This document shows positions 20,004 to 35,000 of a stretch of DNA of 64,000 nucleotides, one piece after another (the stretch's first letter is position 1; every line of letters begins with the position of its first letter). The notes beneath the pieces are model-generated. The model was given only the letters and a program-made list of their open reading frames with translations, did no database searches and was not told the origin of the DNA. Location of the stretch: NCBI RefSeq assembly GCF_018977255.1, contig NW_024704743.1, positions 72,976,001 to 73,040,000 on the forward strand, read 5' to 3'. Source of the DNA: Callorhinchus milii. Lineage: Eukaryota. A program made the translations under genes and the position numbers.

Positions 20004-23000
20004 CTGAAAGAAATTAGAAAAACATGTGAATGTTATAGCTTGCATTTTATACAAATTTATAAAACAGCAATGATAATGCTTGTTATACAGGTCTTAACAT
20101 TGTAAGTACAATGTAGCCAAAATAATGGCTTCAACGATTTTTTAAGTGTTCCTATACTGAAACGTCATGCGTCTTGGAAGGCTTAACTACATGTACTAAA
20201 CTGCAAGTTAGATTAAAAAAAATTAAAAGCAATCTTTCTTCAAAAGGGTTAGATTCAGTTGTCTAAATGCACATTAACATCAAGTTAATAACTGCCTTTG
20301 AGACACTCACTGTAGCATCCATGTCGATATTTGTTTTAATTTATATATTTATACATAAGATCTGCATACCAGTTTTAACCAATCTCTGATGGAGTCATTA
20401 CAATATATTTTAAAAATAATCCTTGCATTTGGTATAGCGCCGTATCACATGTTTGAGACATCTCAAAGCGCTTCACAGAATATAGTGTAAAGTGAATGGA
20501 CTGTATATTTTGTGGGTAAAACGTGGTAACTGATTCGCACAGCAGTGTTCCACAAACAGTCATAGATTGAGTGACGAAATTATTATTATTAATTTTATTT
20601 AAGGATTACCCCGAAAAGTGATCATAACATGGCATTTTGTCACCTGGCCATCCAAATGCCATAATAGTATTTCCGTTGGTAAATTCAGCTAGTTTATACA
20701 TCATGTATAGATTTTATTTAAAAAAAAATAATTTCGTCTTTTCTGAATGTTTTTATTCAAACATGAAGTGAGAATCAATCCTCTTATAAGTGGTGTGGGG
20801 TGGGAGAAAACTTGAAGGAACTAAATTTGGTAATCATAAGTAAGTGGAATGAATGACTGTTACGTCATCTTATAGTTACATCATTCATCACAATTGACCT
20901 AGACCTTTTCCAGCCACTTCACCCCATCAGATCAGGATATTACTATGACAAAAAGAATGAAACCAGGCATTGTATGATTTTTAAAAAATATATTATTTAG
21001 AAATTATTGTGACAGACTCCACTCCAACTTTTATTTTAGTGAATTTTCACTACTTAAGCAGCTAAGGCTCTCTGCTGAGAAGGGCAAATTTCACCTGAAA
21101 CAAGTGTACTTATTTACTTGCCCAGAAAAATACAATGCAAAATACACTCCACAGGCAACTGCTTTGAGATGTTCTGATGATGTGCCACATCAACAATAAT
21201 CCTATTTTTGATTCACTCACATATTTAATTTCTGTATTTGAGTGTATATAGGCCCCATTGAGCAAGCCAGCGGACCAAAAGTGGACCGCAGGCTGTGGCT
21301 GTTCAGAGGACTGGATGTGGTCCTCACAGTTCAGGGCTCTCCTCTCCCAGCTCCCCTTAAAGAAGTGAGCTGTAGGTAGATTTGAGGGAGTGGGGGAAGC
21401 ATTAGCCCTAGCCACCCGCCTATATTGTAGAGTGAAGTGATTATTTTGTAGGTGAACACGGCAGTCAATTTGCACACAGCAATGTCCCACAATCAGACGT
21501 AAAGTGAATGACCAATTTTAGCTGGCGGATTGTCAGCCAGGGCACTGGAAGAAATTCCCTACTCTTATTGAACAGTGCCATGGGATATTTAATGTCCATC
21601 AGAACCAGCAGAGAGGACATTGATTTAATGTCTCATTTGAAGGACAGCACCTACAACAATTTAGTCTCTCCCCGCATTACATTGCGTTAGCTTAGATTGT
21701 GAGTTTAAAGTCTTAGCATGGAGCTTGAATGCACAACCTTCTGACTCAGAGCATGCTACGAACTGAAAGGCAAAAAATGTTTTTATTAATGAAGTGCACC
21801 TAAGTTTTTAATTTAATCTTTTTTTGGTGAAACTTAAATAAACAGAATACTGCCAGTGTTTTTTTTTTAAAAAATTTGATTTAACTAGACAGTCTCTCAT
21901 AAGTGGGAAAAATGTTTCACAAATGCTCATTTAATATATTTGAGAGTTTAAACTTTCTTTCAAAATAACAGAAGGAAACACCTAATGGTCACTGCTAGTA
22001 ATTTTCCTTCTAGAAATGTACTAGAAATGTTCCAACCTCCTCAACCTACCCGACCTGTCCTTAAAACGCTCCGATCCTGTGCGCAACTTTGGAGTCAGGT
22101 TTGCTCCCCAATTATCCTTCCTCCCCCACATTCGGTCCCTGACCAGCACCGCTTTCTTCCATCTCTGCCACATTGCCTATCTCCAACAGTACCTCATCCC
22201 AAAAACTGCCAAAACCCTTGTCCATGCCTTTGTCACCTCTCAGCTGGACTACTCTAACACCCTCCTCACCGGTCTCCCCTCCTCCACTATTCACAAAATC
22301 CAGCTCATTCAAAACTCCGCCGCTCGCATTCTCACCCGCACCAAACTTCGTGCCCCAATTACTCCAGTCCCTGCCAAACTCCACTGGCTCCCTGTCGCAG
22401 AGCAGATCGACTTCAAAATCCTCACTCTAGTGTTTAAATCCCTCCATTCCTTGGCACACCCCAATCTCTCTGACCTCCTCTCTCCCCACAGCAGACCCGC
22501 TGCCTCCGCTCTACTGGGTTCGGCCTCCTCCGTGTCCCCCTGAATCCTCTGCTCCACCATTGGTGGCCGTGCCTTCAGCCACTACACCCCGAAACTTTGG
22601 AATTCCCTCCAACAACCCCTTCGCCTCACCCCCTCCTTCCCCATCTTCAGGTCGCATCTGAAGACCTTCCTTTTTGACTGCGCCTATGGTCACCTTCCCC
22701 TTCCCCCTGGCTCGGGCTCAGGCTATACCATTGTTAAGCGCTACGATAAGCTGCTTCCACATTCCTAAATAAAGGACAAACCTGTTATAAGGTAGTATTT
22801 GGTACCCATAAGATATCAGTGGCTACTGGTCAGCACTTCCGAGTCTCAAAATCATTGATAACATGACTGGTGACAGACATCACTGCACACGCTTGCAGAA
22901 AGCTTGTTGATTTCTATGACATAATCTGGATGGTCGGGTGAAACAATGCTACAAAGCTACAGTATTGCAAACTGAAGCACACCAATAGACACTGAAGCAC

Positions 23001-26000
23001 AATAATGGGAGGCAAATTATACAGAGGGCATCCTATAATTTTAGAGAAGGTTGGCCATGACTTGAATAATGTTTTTATGTTTCAGCTCAAGAGGTGGGGC
23101 AAGGGGATGGAGGCAGGAGAAGGAGGATGATTGGTTAACCATTCTACTCTCCGTTTCCTTACGTAGAGGAAGTAGTCTATTAAAATAAGTACACAAATGT
23201 AAAGAAGTACTCATCTGTACTCACATCATCATATGCAAAATTAACAACCCCTTGTTGGGAAGCATCTCTTCTTCTGAAGGCATCTGAAAAGAAAAAAAGT
23301 AGAATTTATGGCAAAAAAGTACTTTGTGTTTCGTCAGCCGCATATCTGACACACATAGAAACCAAAAGCCATGCTTAAGAGCATCCAGATAGAGAGCTAC
23401 ATTTGCATGCTACACTCCGGAACGGAAATTTCTATTTTTCTGGCAAGGAGGCTGATTGTGAACACTATCAAGTGAACTGCCTGATGATTGTGCAGCTTAG
23501 TTAGATGTTCTTGTAATTTTAATAAAAGCTAAGTGCGAAGAACCCCTGCCCCTCAGTGATGGTCTGGCTTTCCAAGTCCCATCTGCTGCAATGCCAGGCT
23601 GGCTGTATCTTGTAATACTGCAAACCCACCTGTCTCAGAAACAGGACCAAAGACACAGAGGGTAGACTATTTCAGCATTCTGTTACCAAGCACATCACTT
23701 CAGAGCCAATTCAGCTCCAAAGAGGCCCTACCTACCTCTCTCACCACCTTGCCCCCAATGAGAAGAGTCGCAAGTTAGTCATTTGACATCTAACAAGCAA
23801 AGGTTTGAATCCTCTCTCGGTGGATTGGATAGTAGGTACCAGGAAATCCTTGCAAGCCTCTTGGTGACCAGCGCAACTCAGCATTAAAGTGTGAGAGCAC
23901 TGCCACCATCATCCTCCCCACAGGTCAGACACACATCACAACCCACTGAGTCTATTTGTGTTACCACCAGCTGAGGGTGCAGAGCTTCAGTAGCAGCTGT
24001 TTACATGTCTCCATTTCAATCAAAGTGAATACCAAGCCCTGGATATTCAAGTGTGTTTTCACAAAGTATTGCAGAACAATTGTATCCAGAATATATATAG
24101 GCCAATCATGTTATATTGAGGAGGTATGAGTAGATAAATTAATGCTCTATGTTATAATGAGGCATGCTTAAAACAACTACTCGTCAGTTCTTTTGGGGTT
24201 ACCAAGTCACTTCTGGCAACACTTCCTAGGTGTTGTAAGCACATTATGCACAGAAATGCCGTTGTCATTTATTTTGTGAAGTGATATCAACGGCATTCCT
24301 GTGCATAGCATCTTCTCTCCTTCAACAAGCTCCTTGGGCCAATCATCCCCATGTTGTTGGCTCCCGACCCCCAGGGATTGACTTTCAGATCTTTATCCTC
24401 ACATTCAAATGCCTTCATGGTGTGGTCCCACCTTACCGCTGGCTCCTTTCATGTCCCTTGTCTGTTCGTGCCACTTTGTCTCCATTCTCTGAAACTCTCT
24501 TCTGAAACCCATCCACTTCACTCTCCCTGCCTGAAAAGCTCTCTTCAACTGTGCTTTTGGCTACCTTCTCCTTACTTTATCAATTCAGGTTTCCACTCAG
24601 ACTCATGTGAAAGGCACTAAATAAAAAATACTGTTTTTGAAAACATAATGACATTTAGATTCATGTATCTATCTACCTGTGAGAGTTCGGAGTCTCACAA
24701 AGCAGGCCACATAATCATCAAATGAGATCTTCCCAGCAGTGCTGTATCGCTTTACTATTGCATTCATACCCTGAGGAGACAATCTGTATCCTAACAAATG
24801 AAAGGGATAGACTGTTAAAACAAAATACATTTTAATACATATAAACAAAAACTCATTTGTATGAAAAAATCACATGTATTGCTTTAGTGCTTGATACTTT
24901 GAGCAACGGGGAGGGAAAGAGAAGGAAATGGCAGTAACACATCCAGGTGCATTTGATACCATTGGTAAGATTTATAGAATTGCAATATAGGGAATAGAAT
25001 GTATAGAAAATATATAGAGAGAACCCTTCAGATGTAAGTTGCTTGGGTATCAAATTTTAGTGATTTTAATTAGGTTATGTTGCTCCTTTAAACATTATCT
25101 CAGAAATGTTGTATTAAGTTCTACAGTGGACCCTCAGTGGTAAACAGCAGGTAATACTTAGTCAGTTTTTTAAAAAAAACTTAAGCATTTCAAAATGCAA
25201 TGTTTCAAAAAATGGATGTCATCAGAGTGCCGTGCATAAGGGCTGCAATCCAAGGAATCCTGATCCCAGAATCCTGTGATTCTTTTTGATAACAGTGCTC
25301 CCAAAATCCCAGGATTTATAGAAGAGAATTCCAGGATTGTATTAAAAAATATTAACAAAAACAAAATATTAACAAAAATGAACCTCGATCATTTTCTGTG
25401 AATATACGTCTATCTTTCTGTACGCATCTCTCTCTATGCTTGTGTCACTAACTCTTCCAGTCCTGCGTCACGTCCCCCTTTTCTCTCTCAGTATACGTAT
25501 GCACCAGTGACATTTTTCTGTCACTCTCTCTTCTTGTACCACTTTCTCTTCTTGTCGATAAATCTGCCCATCACTAACTCCCATCTCGGTCAGCCCTTGT
25601 TATCAGACGCTGTGTTGCTGAGGTAGGCAGGGAAGGAGGCGAGTCAGTGAGTGGTTCGGGGAGAGGTTCTGGGCAGCACTGGTGCTCTTTGCTAAGTTCC
25701 CTGGTGTTCCACTAGGTAAGATTTAGCGTCTCAGGGTCCCGAGATTTGGCGCATTAAAATTCCCAAATCCCGGGATTCAGAAAAAGCATTGGGATTGCAA
25801 TCAGTAGCTGTGCAGCAGAGGTGGTTTAAAGATGTCATTGGTAGTTAAAGTCATGAAAAAGGAAAAGGTGTGAGAAAACGTTTTGGACACGAACTAAAGC
25901 CCTTGGTCTTTTTTTGTCTCGCATTTCTTATGCTCTTATATTATGTGAGGTTTTGAAATGAGATTTTAAGCAGGTAGAATTAGAAGGCAAAGACCAACAG

Positions 26001-29000
26001 CATAATATTAAACAAGTAACCAAAAAAAAGTATTCTTAAGTTACAATATTTTGGCAATCCAACAACAACAACTTGCACCTACATAGTACCCTCCACGCAG
26101 GGTAATGTCTCAGAGCGCTTAACAGTGGCGGAGCTTGACTCCGAGCCGGGGGTTGGTGGGGTGAGAGGTGTCTGTAAGCACGGTTGAAGAAGAAGGTTTT
26201 CAGGCGGGACTTGAAAAAGGGGAGAGGGGGCAAGGTGGAGGGATTGAGGGAGAATATTTCAGAGTTTCGGGGAATATTGGCTGAAAGGGCGACCTGCGAT
26301 GGTGGGGCAGAGGGTGCAAGGGACAAGCAGGAGGCCAGTGCCAGTCGAGCGGAGGCACCGGGTGGTGGATTGGGAAATGAGGAGATTGGAGAGGTAGGGA
26401 GGTGCCAGAGAGTGAAGGGATTTGAACACGAATGTTCAACAACAGCATTATATTTGTATTAGCGCCTTTCACATCAGGAGGATGTCCCAACTTTAAGAGG
26501 GAAGAAAAACACATGCACAAACACGCGCAATTTAATCGATTGGGACAAACATAATTTACCCATGGAAGAAATAGCTTGTTGTAGTTCCTGGGGGTCAACG
26601 GTGCCACTCCTATCCCTATCAAAAGTAGCAAAGTTCTGGCGCCAGGCATTGAGCGCTGTCCAGAGCTCTTTGAATTCTGAAAAGCCCATTGTTCCAGAAC
26701 AATCGCACTGTTAATAAGCATTAAGAATTCAAATTGCTTTATAGGTGCCTTCCACGAGAATGATAGACCAGCAGAACTAAACCTGCAAAATCACAATAAT
26801 GCTTGAAAGAAAATTACAGTTTAACATCTCTTCCAAAGGACAACACTCCAACAAGGCAGCACTCTCCCCGCACTGCGATGGAGTGTCAGCCTTAGACCGT
26901 GAGTTCAAAGTTCCAACAGGGGCTTGAACCTGCAACCTTCTGACTCAGAGGTGAGAGTGCTACCAACTGAGTCAGGCTTAGTTGATTAACTTGGGAGGAA
27001 CATTTTGCAGAAATTGCTTTTGATTTGATATTTGAAAATCAGTGACAGAATGAAACATGCATCTTGGGCATTGTATATTACCTGGGTTTACCGTTCTTTT
27101 CGCACATTTTAGTCTGCTGTACTTTTACTGTCACTCCCCGTTTTTTAATTAAATGTTTGCAGCCAACATAATATCAACAGAGGCCAGATTTAGCAGTGAA
27201 AAAAAACTTGCATTTTAATATTGTCAAATCAATGTGAATTTTCTGCCTATATTTTCAGCTAGTGGTAAAAAATTCCTCAACCAACTTACACAGCTCCTTA
27301 TATTTTCTTGCTTTTCGCCACCTACTCTAGCCACTTCCAGTCTTAAATGACAGGAATAAGCACAGTTACACTAGTGCTAGTGAATCAAAGGCAAAATGCA
27401 ACAGGAAATAGAAAAATAGATAAACAGGAAGATCACTATTTATCAGGCATGTCTGTTACACTAAACTGTACTGAGGCAATGGAAATTTAGATCGACTCTG
27501 GACTAATTATTGCTTACTTGATTGAAGTAGGTTTAAGTTCTTGCATTACATTGTGAACCAAGGATTACAAATAACTAGAGAAATAGGAACACAGAAAAAT
27601 ATGCACATAGGGACTCAGGAGGGAAAGCAAAGAAAAACCTCACTGAAGGACACAAAGAAAACTTTAAATCATGAAAACAACTTGTGCAATGTCCCATTAC
27701 ATTATCTACTGTAGTGAAGCATGAAAGGATAGTCCATCAACTATTTTCTCCTCAGAGAATGTTCACACTTGTAATACACGTGCCTGTTGCTGTTTATTAT
27801 CAGCAGAATTCTGTACCAAAGATTTATTGTTTGAAAAAGGATACATCCAGCATGGAAATCATCAGCTTACAGGTCTCCAGACAGAATGCTGTGTAAGAAA
27901 ATCGTAAAAAAAGTCACACGTGTAGGAATAAACATTTTGATATTGAATTCATAAATCGTAACTTAAATATTTAATCATGCATACTCATTGCTCATTTTAT
28001 TTAAATACATCCCCCTCTTTGTTAGGCGCACAAGAGAATGCTGGTGACCTCCCCCGTCCCTCTGTGAGGAGATACCTGGCTGTTCAGAGGTTTCGTGGGA
28101 GTGTCTAAGAGATCAGTAAATCAGTGAAGGGAGAGGGAGACAGAAAATCAGTCTTCCACAATTCCATGATACTGCACAATACTCTATCACGCTACAGTGG
28201 AGAACCTGAAATCTGCACCAAATGGAACAGGTCACACTGTGAATGAGGAAACATTGAAAATATCAGATCAGACAAAATACAAATGTCTGCCTGTCTCTCT
28301 CTCTCTATCCCCACTTCCTCTTACCCTTCACTCTAACCAACAAATTAACAAACTTACCTTTTGCTGCTGATTCGCAGATGTGCTGCTCAGGAAAAAAACA
28401 CATATCTGGTAACCTCACCCACGTGGATAGAACCACATTGAAGCTTCTCTATAATTATGCATCGACGCCCCAATGTGGGTAAGCAGACATGCAGATAATT
28501 AACATGCAGTTATATGGTGTTTAATTGTATCTCTCTTCTAGAGGTTTTAAAATCATGCAATTGGCACTATTGTACATCTTTCCACAGTAGTTTAATCCAG
28601 TATGGCATCATAAAACCATTCCACCAAACAGTACTCTCAGAAATTTAGTTCCTCTAAACTGAAATCTGAAATGTAAGGCTATGTAAGCAGGTGGATTTCA
28701 TTCCTTGGTCTTGACAATTCATATTTTCTAAATGTAGTAATTCTAAAAAACACATCATGAAGAATTTTGTAATGTCCAATAAATTTAATCGCAAAATCCA
28801 CAGCTGTGTTTGCTTTAGTCCCTGAATGATTTCCTGGCAAGTAAGGACAAAGTATGAATCAACCCATTTATTTTAATGAAATAGATGTCCCTCCCAGACA
28901 CTGTGAACCAGTAAGAAAATATGCATCCAGATGACAGCATGCATTTGGACTACAAAAAAAATTACACAATGTTTAAATGGTAGGGTCAGAGTGAATAAAC

Positions 29001-32000
29001 ACTCAATACTGTAAAACTCACGATTGGCTCATTTTAAAAATTACAAAGGTCATCTTTGCACAATTCTTGTTTTGTAGGGCTGATATATCTGCATATTAAG
29101 CATCCCAACAGGGTGTTGCTAAAGGCAACTAAATCTATGACTGGTTATCATGAGCACAGGAAGAAAGAATTTGTATTGTGAATGTCAATAGCAATGCCGG
29201 AGTGTTTCCATGGTTGTTCCAACAACTCTGGCATTGTCCTCACCTCGTCTTTCAATGAAATACAACAGACAAAGGCCCATATCTTTTATATCTGGAAACA
29301 GTTCAAAGATAAAAGCAGTGTGAAGCTTCCACCACTGGTATTCCACAGAAACTATTTCAGATTAGACCTGAAATCACACCGAGCAGAAGAGAATTCTAAA
29401 GTAGTGATCTTAGCCAAAGTGTCAAATGTTTGCTAACTCACGTTTGTAACTGCCGCTGATGCCAGCCTGAGTAAGACATGACTGGAGCTCCTGAGAGTCT
29501 ATCTGGCCATCCTAAAAAACAAAACTTGGTGTAAGTATACCATTAGTGCAAATAGTGTTGGTGGTTCAATGCTCTCTGTAATAAAGGAAACAACTGCTTA
29601 ACATCCAAATTTAGCATTATTTCATCATTAGTTAAATAATAAATACATAGTTTCCTTACAAGTAAGCCCTTCCTTTACTACTACAAATCCCTTTAGCTTG
29701 TTAAAAATCGTCTTTGAAGTGAAAATTGCACTTGGGATAGGATGAACAAAACAACTCAGGGCTGGTATATATATATATATCTAGGCTCCTGATATTGATG
29801 CAAGAAAAACATTGTTGTGAATTGGTGCCTGTCCCTTTAAATAGGCTTTAGCTCAGAGTCCCGAGCTGGGAGAGCAATGATGGTCAGGAGAAGACCGCCA
29901 ATAGAGAAGCGCAACATTTCTCATTCTTGCCAACAGTAGGGCAGCCTGGGGCCTGGACTGTCTCTGGCTTGATTGACAGCTGCTGGAGTAAGAAAAACAA
30001 GCGATGCCCCCTGATGAAATGTACGCATGCAGAATCCATGTTGCAGTTTAATAGTGAAACATCAGCAAGTTAAGAATCGAGGGCCGTAAATATTTTCATG
30101 GGGGCAAGGGTTGCCTCCCCGCCTCTGCCACACTGCTTTCAAAGTAATACTAGTACAAGTTTTTTAGGAAACAGAAAATTGCATGAACATATATGTTAAA
30201 AGAAAACCTGAAAGCCATTTAGCATCTAGAGATTAAAAAAAAATATTTTTTGTGTTAATAGTAATAATCCTTGCATTTGATATAACGCTTTTCATGTCTT
30301 CTCGACGTCTCAAAGCGCTTCACAGAATATGCTGTAAAGTGAATTGACCATATATTTGTGGGCGAACGCGGCAGCCAATTGCGCACAGCAGTGTCCCACA
30401 AACAGTCGTGGATTGAAAATGACCAATTTATTATTGTTTTGTTTTGGAGGGATTTTATTAGGCGTGTGGAGTAAGGAAACTTGCCCAAGATTTTGCCCTG
30501 CCTGGAATTGAACCCAGGTGTCTCACTTGCAAGGCGAGTGCTCTAACCACTGAGCTACAGGACTCCTTGGCAACCTGTTCCAGTTGTTAATTACCATCTG
30601 AGTACAGAAAAAGTAAGTCACCTGGGCTGATATATTAGAACTCTTTGACGTGTTTTTTGTGACTGTTGGCGGAAACAATGTGTCAAGATGCTTGCCAAGT
30701 AATTCATAGGGATTGTATGTAGCGCCTCATCATATCTTCGAGATGTCTTAAAGCGCCGCACAAAATATACTGTAAAGTGAATTGATCGTATATTTTGTGG
30801 GTGAAACGTGGCAACCGATTGCGCACAGCAGTGTCCCACAAACAGTCGTGGATTAAGTGACCAAATTATTATTTTTTTGTAGGGATTACCCCCGGAAAAG
30901 CGATCCGACAATCGATTAATAATTGGGTTCCTACTTACTGCTAGATAAACAGGCGTGTGGAGTAAGGAAACTTGCACAACATTTGGCCCTGCCCGGGAAT
31001 CGAACCCAGGTCCTCTCGCTTGCAAGACTAAGCTACACAACTAAGAACAAATAGGACTTTGGTGTAACATTTCAGTCGAAAGTCAGCACTTCTGACAATG
31101 TAATATGGTTGCCAATAACTGATCACTCCCTTCCTTCATTAGATGGAGAACCTTTTTTGTTCTGTATTGACCTTTGACCAGTTTTGTTGGAATCTAAATG
31201 AATGCAAGATGTAAATTCATGAACGGCTGCACATTATTCAACTGGTTTTAGGAGGGGCTTTGACACATTGTAGATCTGACGTTAGGAGTATCTTAGGAAT
31301 GACATTTAGTTCCTAATCACTTAACACAAATCTGGTCTGCCAATGTTACATATGAATTGAGTGCTGCACCTGAATTGCTTTCTGGACCAATGATCTTGGA
31401 GCATTTTTAGCAAGTTTAGCATTTTATTTATTAACTATTTCTAGAAGTCCTCGAGCCTTTCCTTCATCTTGCCCCCTCTGTTATCTCCTTCAAGGCATGT
31501 CTTAAGATCCTCCTCTTCAACCACACCTTCGGCCACCCTCCTACCATTCCTGCCCTCCGCCCTCCTGATCCTAAACCTCGCCCCCAAGTCTCAGGTCCAG
31601 ATCCCTGACTCTCCAGCGCTTTGGAACATCCTCCCAACGTGAAAGGCGCTATACAAATGTAATTTTTCTTTGCAAAGTGAATTCTGAAGACAGGATGGAA
31701 GGATGCAAGTCAAAGGGACTCCAGGATAGAATTCCAGAGACCAGGGACAGAATGGCTAAAAATGCACCCATCCATGGTAGGGCAGATTGGGTGGGGGGCA
31801 TGGAGCACACTTCAGTTTGCTGAGTGGAGGGAATGGTTAGGGCAGTGTCATATTGAAAAGCCTACATCACAATTATGACTAAGGTGAAATGTTACTAGTT
31901 ATTACGTGAGTGTTGGGAGGATTGCACCCAATATCGGACACCAACAAATGTATGCAAATATACAAGGGCTAATATAGAATTGAAGGGCAAATTGTCCACC

Positions 32001-35000
32001 ATTTGTAATTAATTGCTAATTAAACCCGAAACTTGAATGTCATGATTTTTGAAGTAAGTTTCTTTTTAAACAAATCTAGGTTATTCTTCTTTTGTACATG
32101 AACATCTTTACAGGCTTTAAAACTCACTCACAAAATATAATCAGACTTACATGACCAGCCACTCCTGCAAAATATCCATAGAGGTGGTCCATTGATTGTG
32201 CTTGGTATTGTTGGTAACCAGCACCCCCAGGGGCCCCTGGAGCACCTCCTGGTGCACAGCCATATTGTGGAAATTGCTAAAAGATCAACAAAATGAAATT
32301 AGATTTTTCAATGACACTTTTCACAAGAGCAGCTACGGGCCAACCCTGGTAAAACACTGTTGGTTGGGTTCATAAACTCAGAACTGGGGCTTGCTACAAA
32401 AAGGACTGTTGGGTCAGCTCATTAGCTTACTGCTGCTTTTACTTCCAGTCTGCTGGTCACGTGCACAGGAAGCCAACAATCACTCAAGCAAACGTTTGCT
32501 GGAACACTGTAAGTTGTCACGAAATCTTCTGTGCTTGTGTGCTATAGATGTCAATATTAGAGTCAGAAGTGTACCTCATTTCCAGTCCACGAAACACATG
32601 TATTCCACTATTCATATATCCGGGCTAACGGCATGCGTGTTGGACTGTAGAAGGTAATGATTTGTGATTATGCATTTATTTGGATTCAGATTAAATGTTT
32701 TTATACAAATGGTCATGGAAAAAAATATTTGAATAACCAAATGATTTGTATATCTGATATTCAATTAACTATCTATATTCTTAGATTATGCATCCAAATG
32801 GCTTTGGATTTCTAAATTCTATTAAATCAACTGTCTATTGCATTTCATTTTCCAATATTCAATTGACCAAATTTCACTGTACCCAAATCCTGGATAGTTC
32901 TGGCTTGGTATTGGTATCAAAAGATTCTACGGTTGTATGGTACATCCATATAGCCTCACTCTTTTGAGGTTTTTGAATGAGTGCAATGTTTACAAAGCAG
33001 GCCCAGACAGGGTGGACCTTTTTGGTTAAGTACTATGTTATTAAAGTGGCTAAAATCAATTCTGTATGTATGGTCTTACATTCACAACATTTTGACAAAA
33101 TGTTTTCTTGATCTACTTTTCCTAGCTTCGCTCTAATTTTAACACATAGAAAAAATAGCCCAAACAAAAATAAACCTATCATTTTCTATAAATAGTGATT
33201 ACAGCGTTAACCAGCCAACAAATATGTATAAAGTAGCAGAAAAGGGCAGCAGATTCTTCATCTAAACTAGTTAATCTGTAGAGGAAAGGAAACCCCTCCA
33301 GTCACCTTCTGCAGAGGAGACTGGCAAGCACAGCAGCAAACTCACCCATTTATTGATCCTTTCAATTGGGGCACATAGACCTTGGGTGTTCCCAACATTA
33401 TCTAGTGACCATTGAGAGGAAACCCACTAGAGATGTTTAAAGTTCTGAAGGGGGTGGACAAATTAAACTATATCCACTTGTTGGTGAGCACATAGCAAGA
33501 AGGCATAAATACAAAATACCTAGTAACAGCTCTAAAAGGGAGCTTAAGCGGAATTTCATTACACAGTGGGTGGTGGGAACATTAACTGATACAAGAACAA
33601 CAACTTGCATATAGTGCCATTCCCGGAGGTAGCGTCTCTAAGAGCTTACCAACATTATTGTAATTCGAATGAAAAATTGGTAATCTGCTGCTCAAAGTAC
33701 TCTGATTCCATTGAAGACCCAGCCATAATGCCTCTAGACCTCATATTAACGATGAGGTCTTCAGCCAATTGATTAGAATTTTTACAGAATATCAAGCCTA
33801 CCATCTTCCAATTACAGCAGCAAGCAGTTTTAAACGAGTCCAGTATCCTTGCCTCAACTATATTAGAGGCCATGTATCAAAGGGGGAAAAAAATACACAT
33901 AGCATGCAGGAAGTTACACCAGCATAAGGTGAGCAATGGGCAGAAAGTGATGTCAGTGGCCATCTGATGGCCTGGAAAGTGACCGTTGTTTTTTTTTAAA
34001 CTGATGGGGGTGTGGTGTTTGTGTTTATGGACACAGACCACACTACATTATAATGGGGTTATCCTCAGAATACATTGCCAGCGCCTTGGGACGTCCTCCC
34101 AACGTGAAAGGCGCTCTATAAATGGAATCTTGTTGTTGTTGTTGTTAATAGCCTGAGTTTACCACTGGTACTGTGGCAGAGCAGCTTGATACATTGGTGT
34201 ACCTCAGAACTGCAAAATATTGGATCATCTCCATTTGTAATTCCCCATTTGAAGAAGTTAAGGGGAATTATCGATTGTAACCAAGAAAACAGTCTAAAGG
34301 GGAGCTCAAACCACACCAGCATCAAGCAGTTACGAATAACCAGATTGTAATGGCACACAATGTAATGGCCCTGGGGCAAATCATTCATCTTATATCTCAT
34401 TTCTCTTCTCAGGAGGGAAAAGATTTGTTACCTAAGGAACAGAGATTTGTTTTTTTTAAAATAAAGAAAATAAAAATGATTGAGATATACCATCATGCAA
34501 GTAACTTTTAGTTTCAAGACGCATATGCACTTACTCCTCTGCTGTGTTGGCCACAAAACACAGTTACTCCACTTTACAGTATATCCTGTGAATCACTTTT
34601 CACATCCTCCCGATGTGAAAGATGCTTTACTAAATTAAGTCTTATTTAAATTGAAGTAATAATCATTATTGGTACCGCTGCTTACTTTTACGGAATATAT
34701 TCCATTCCAGATACGAAACAGCTAAGCCACAATGACTTGTTACTTGTAAACCGTAATGTGGTATAAAAATTCTGGCTTAAAAGAAGTGAAACTTCAGCCA
34801 CAAAGCTTCCTGTTCAAATTGTCAGCTCACATTTCTGCAAGTAGTTAGATGGTGAGGAAACACTTTGTGGAGCAACCCCTTTAGAGATAGTCTTCACGGT
34901 GAAGGGTCTCACTTTCACTTAATACAACTGATAACATTACAACAACAATACCAACTTGGATTTATATTGTGCCCTCCATGCCGGACAGAGTCTCAGAGCG

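Noticed and set aside
20740..20830. Alternative sorcin last exon starting FLQV
   Set aside because: Weak acceptor and no family-like terminus. The exon at 20003-19977 (FIICTMCI*) fits much better.
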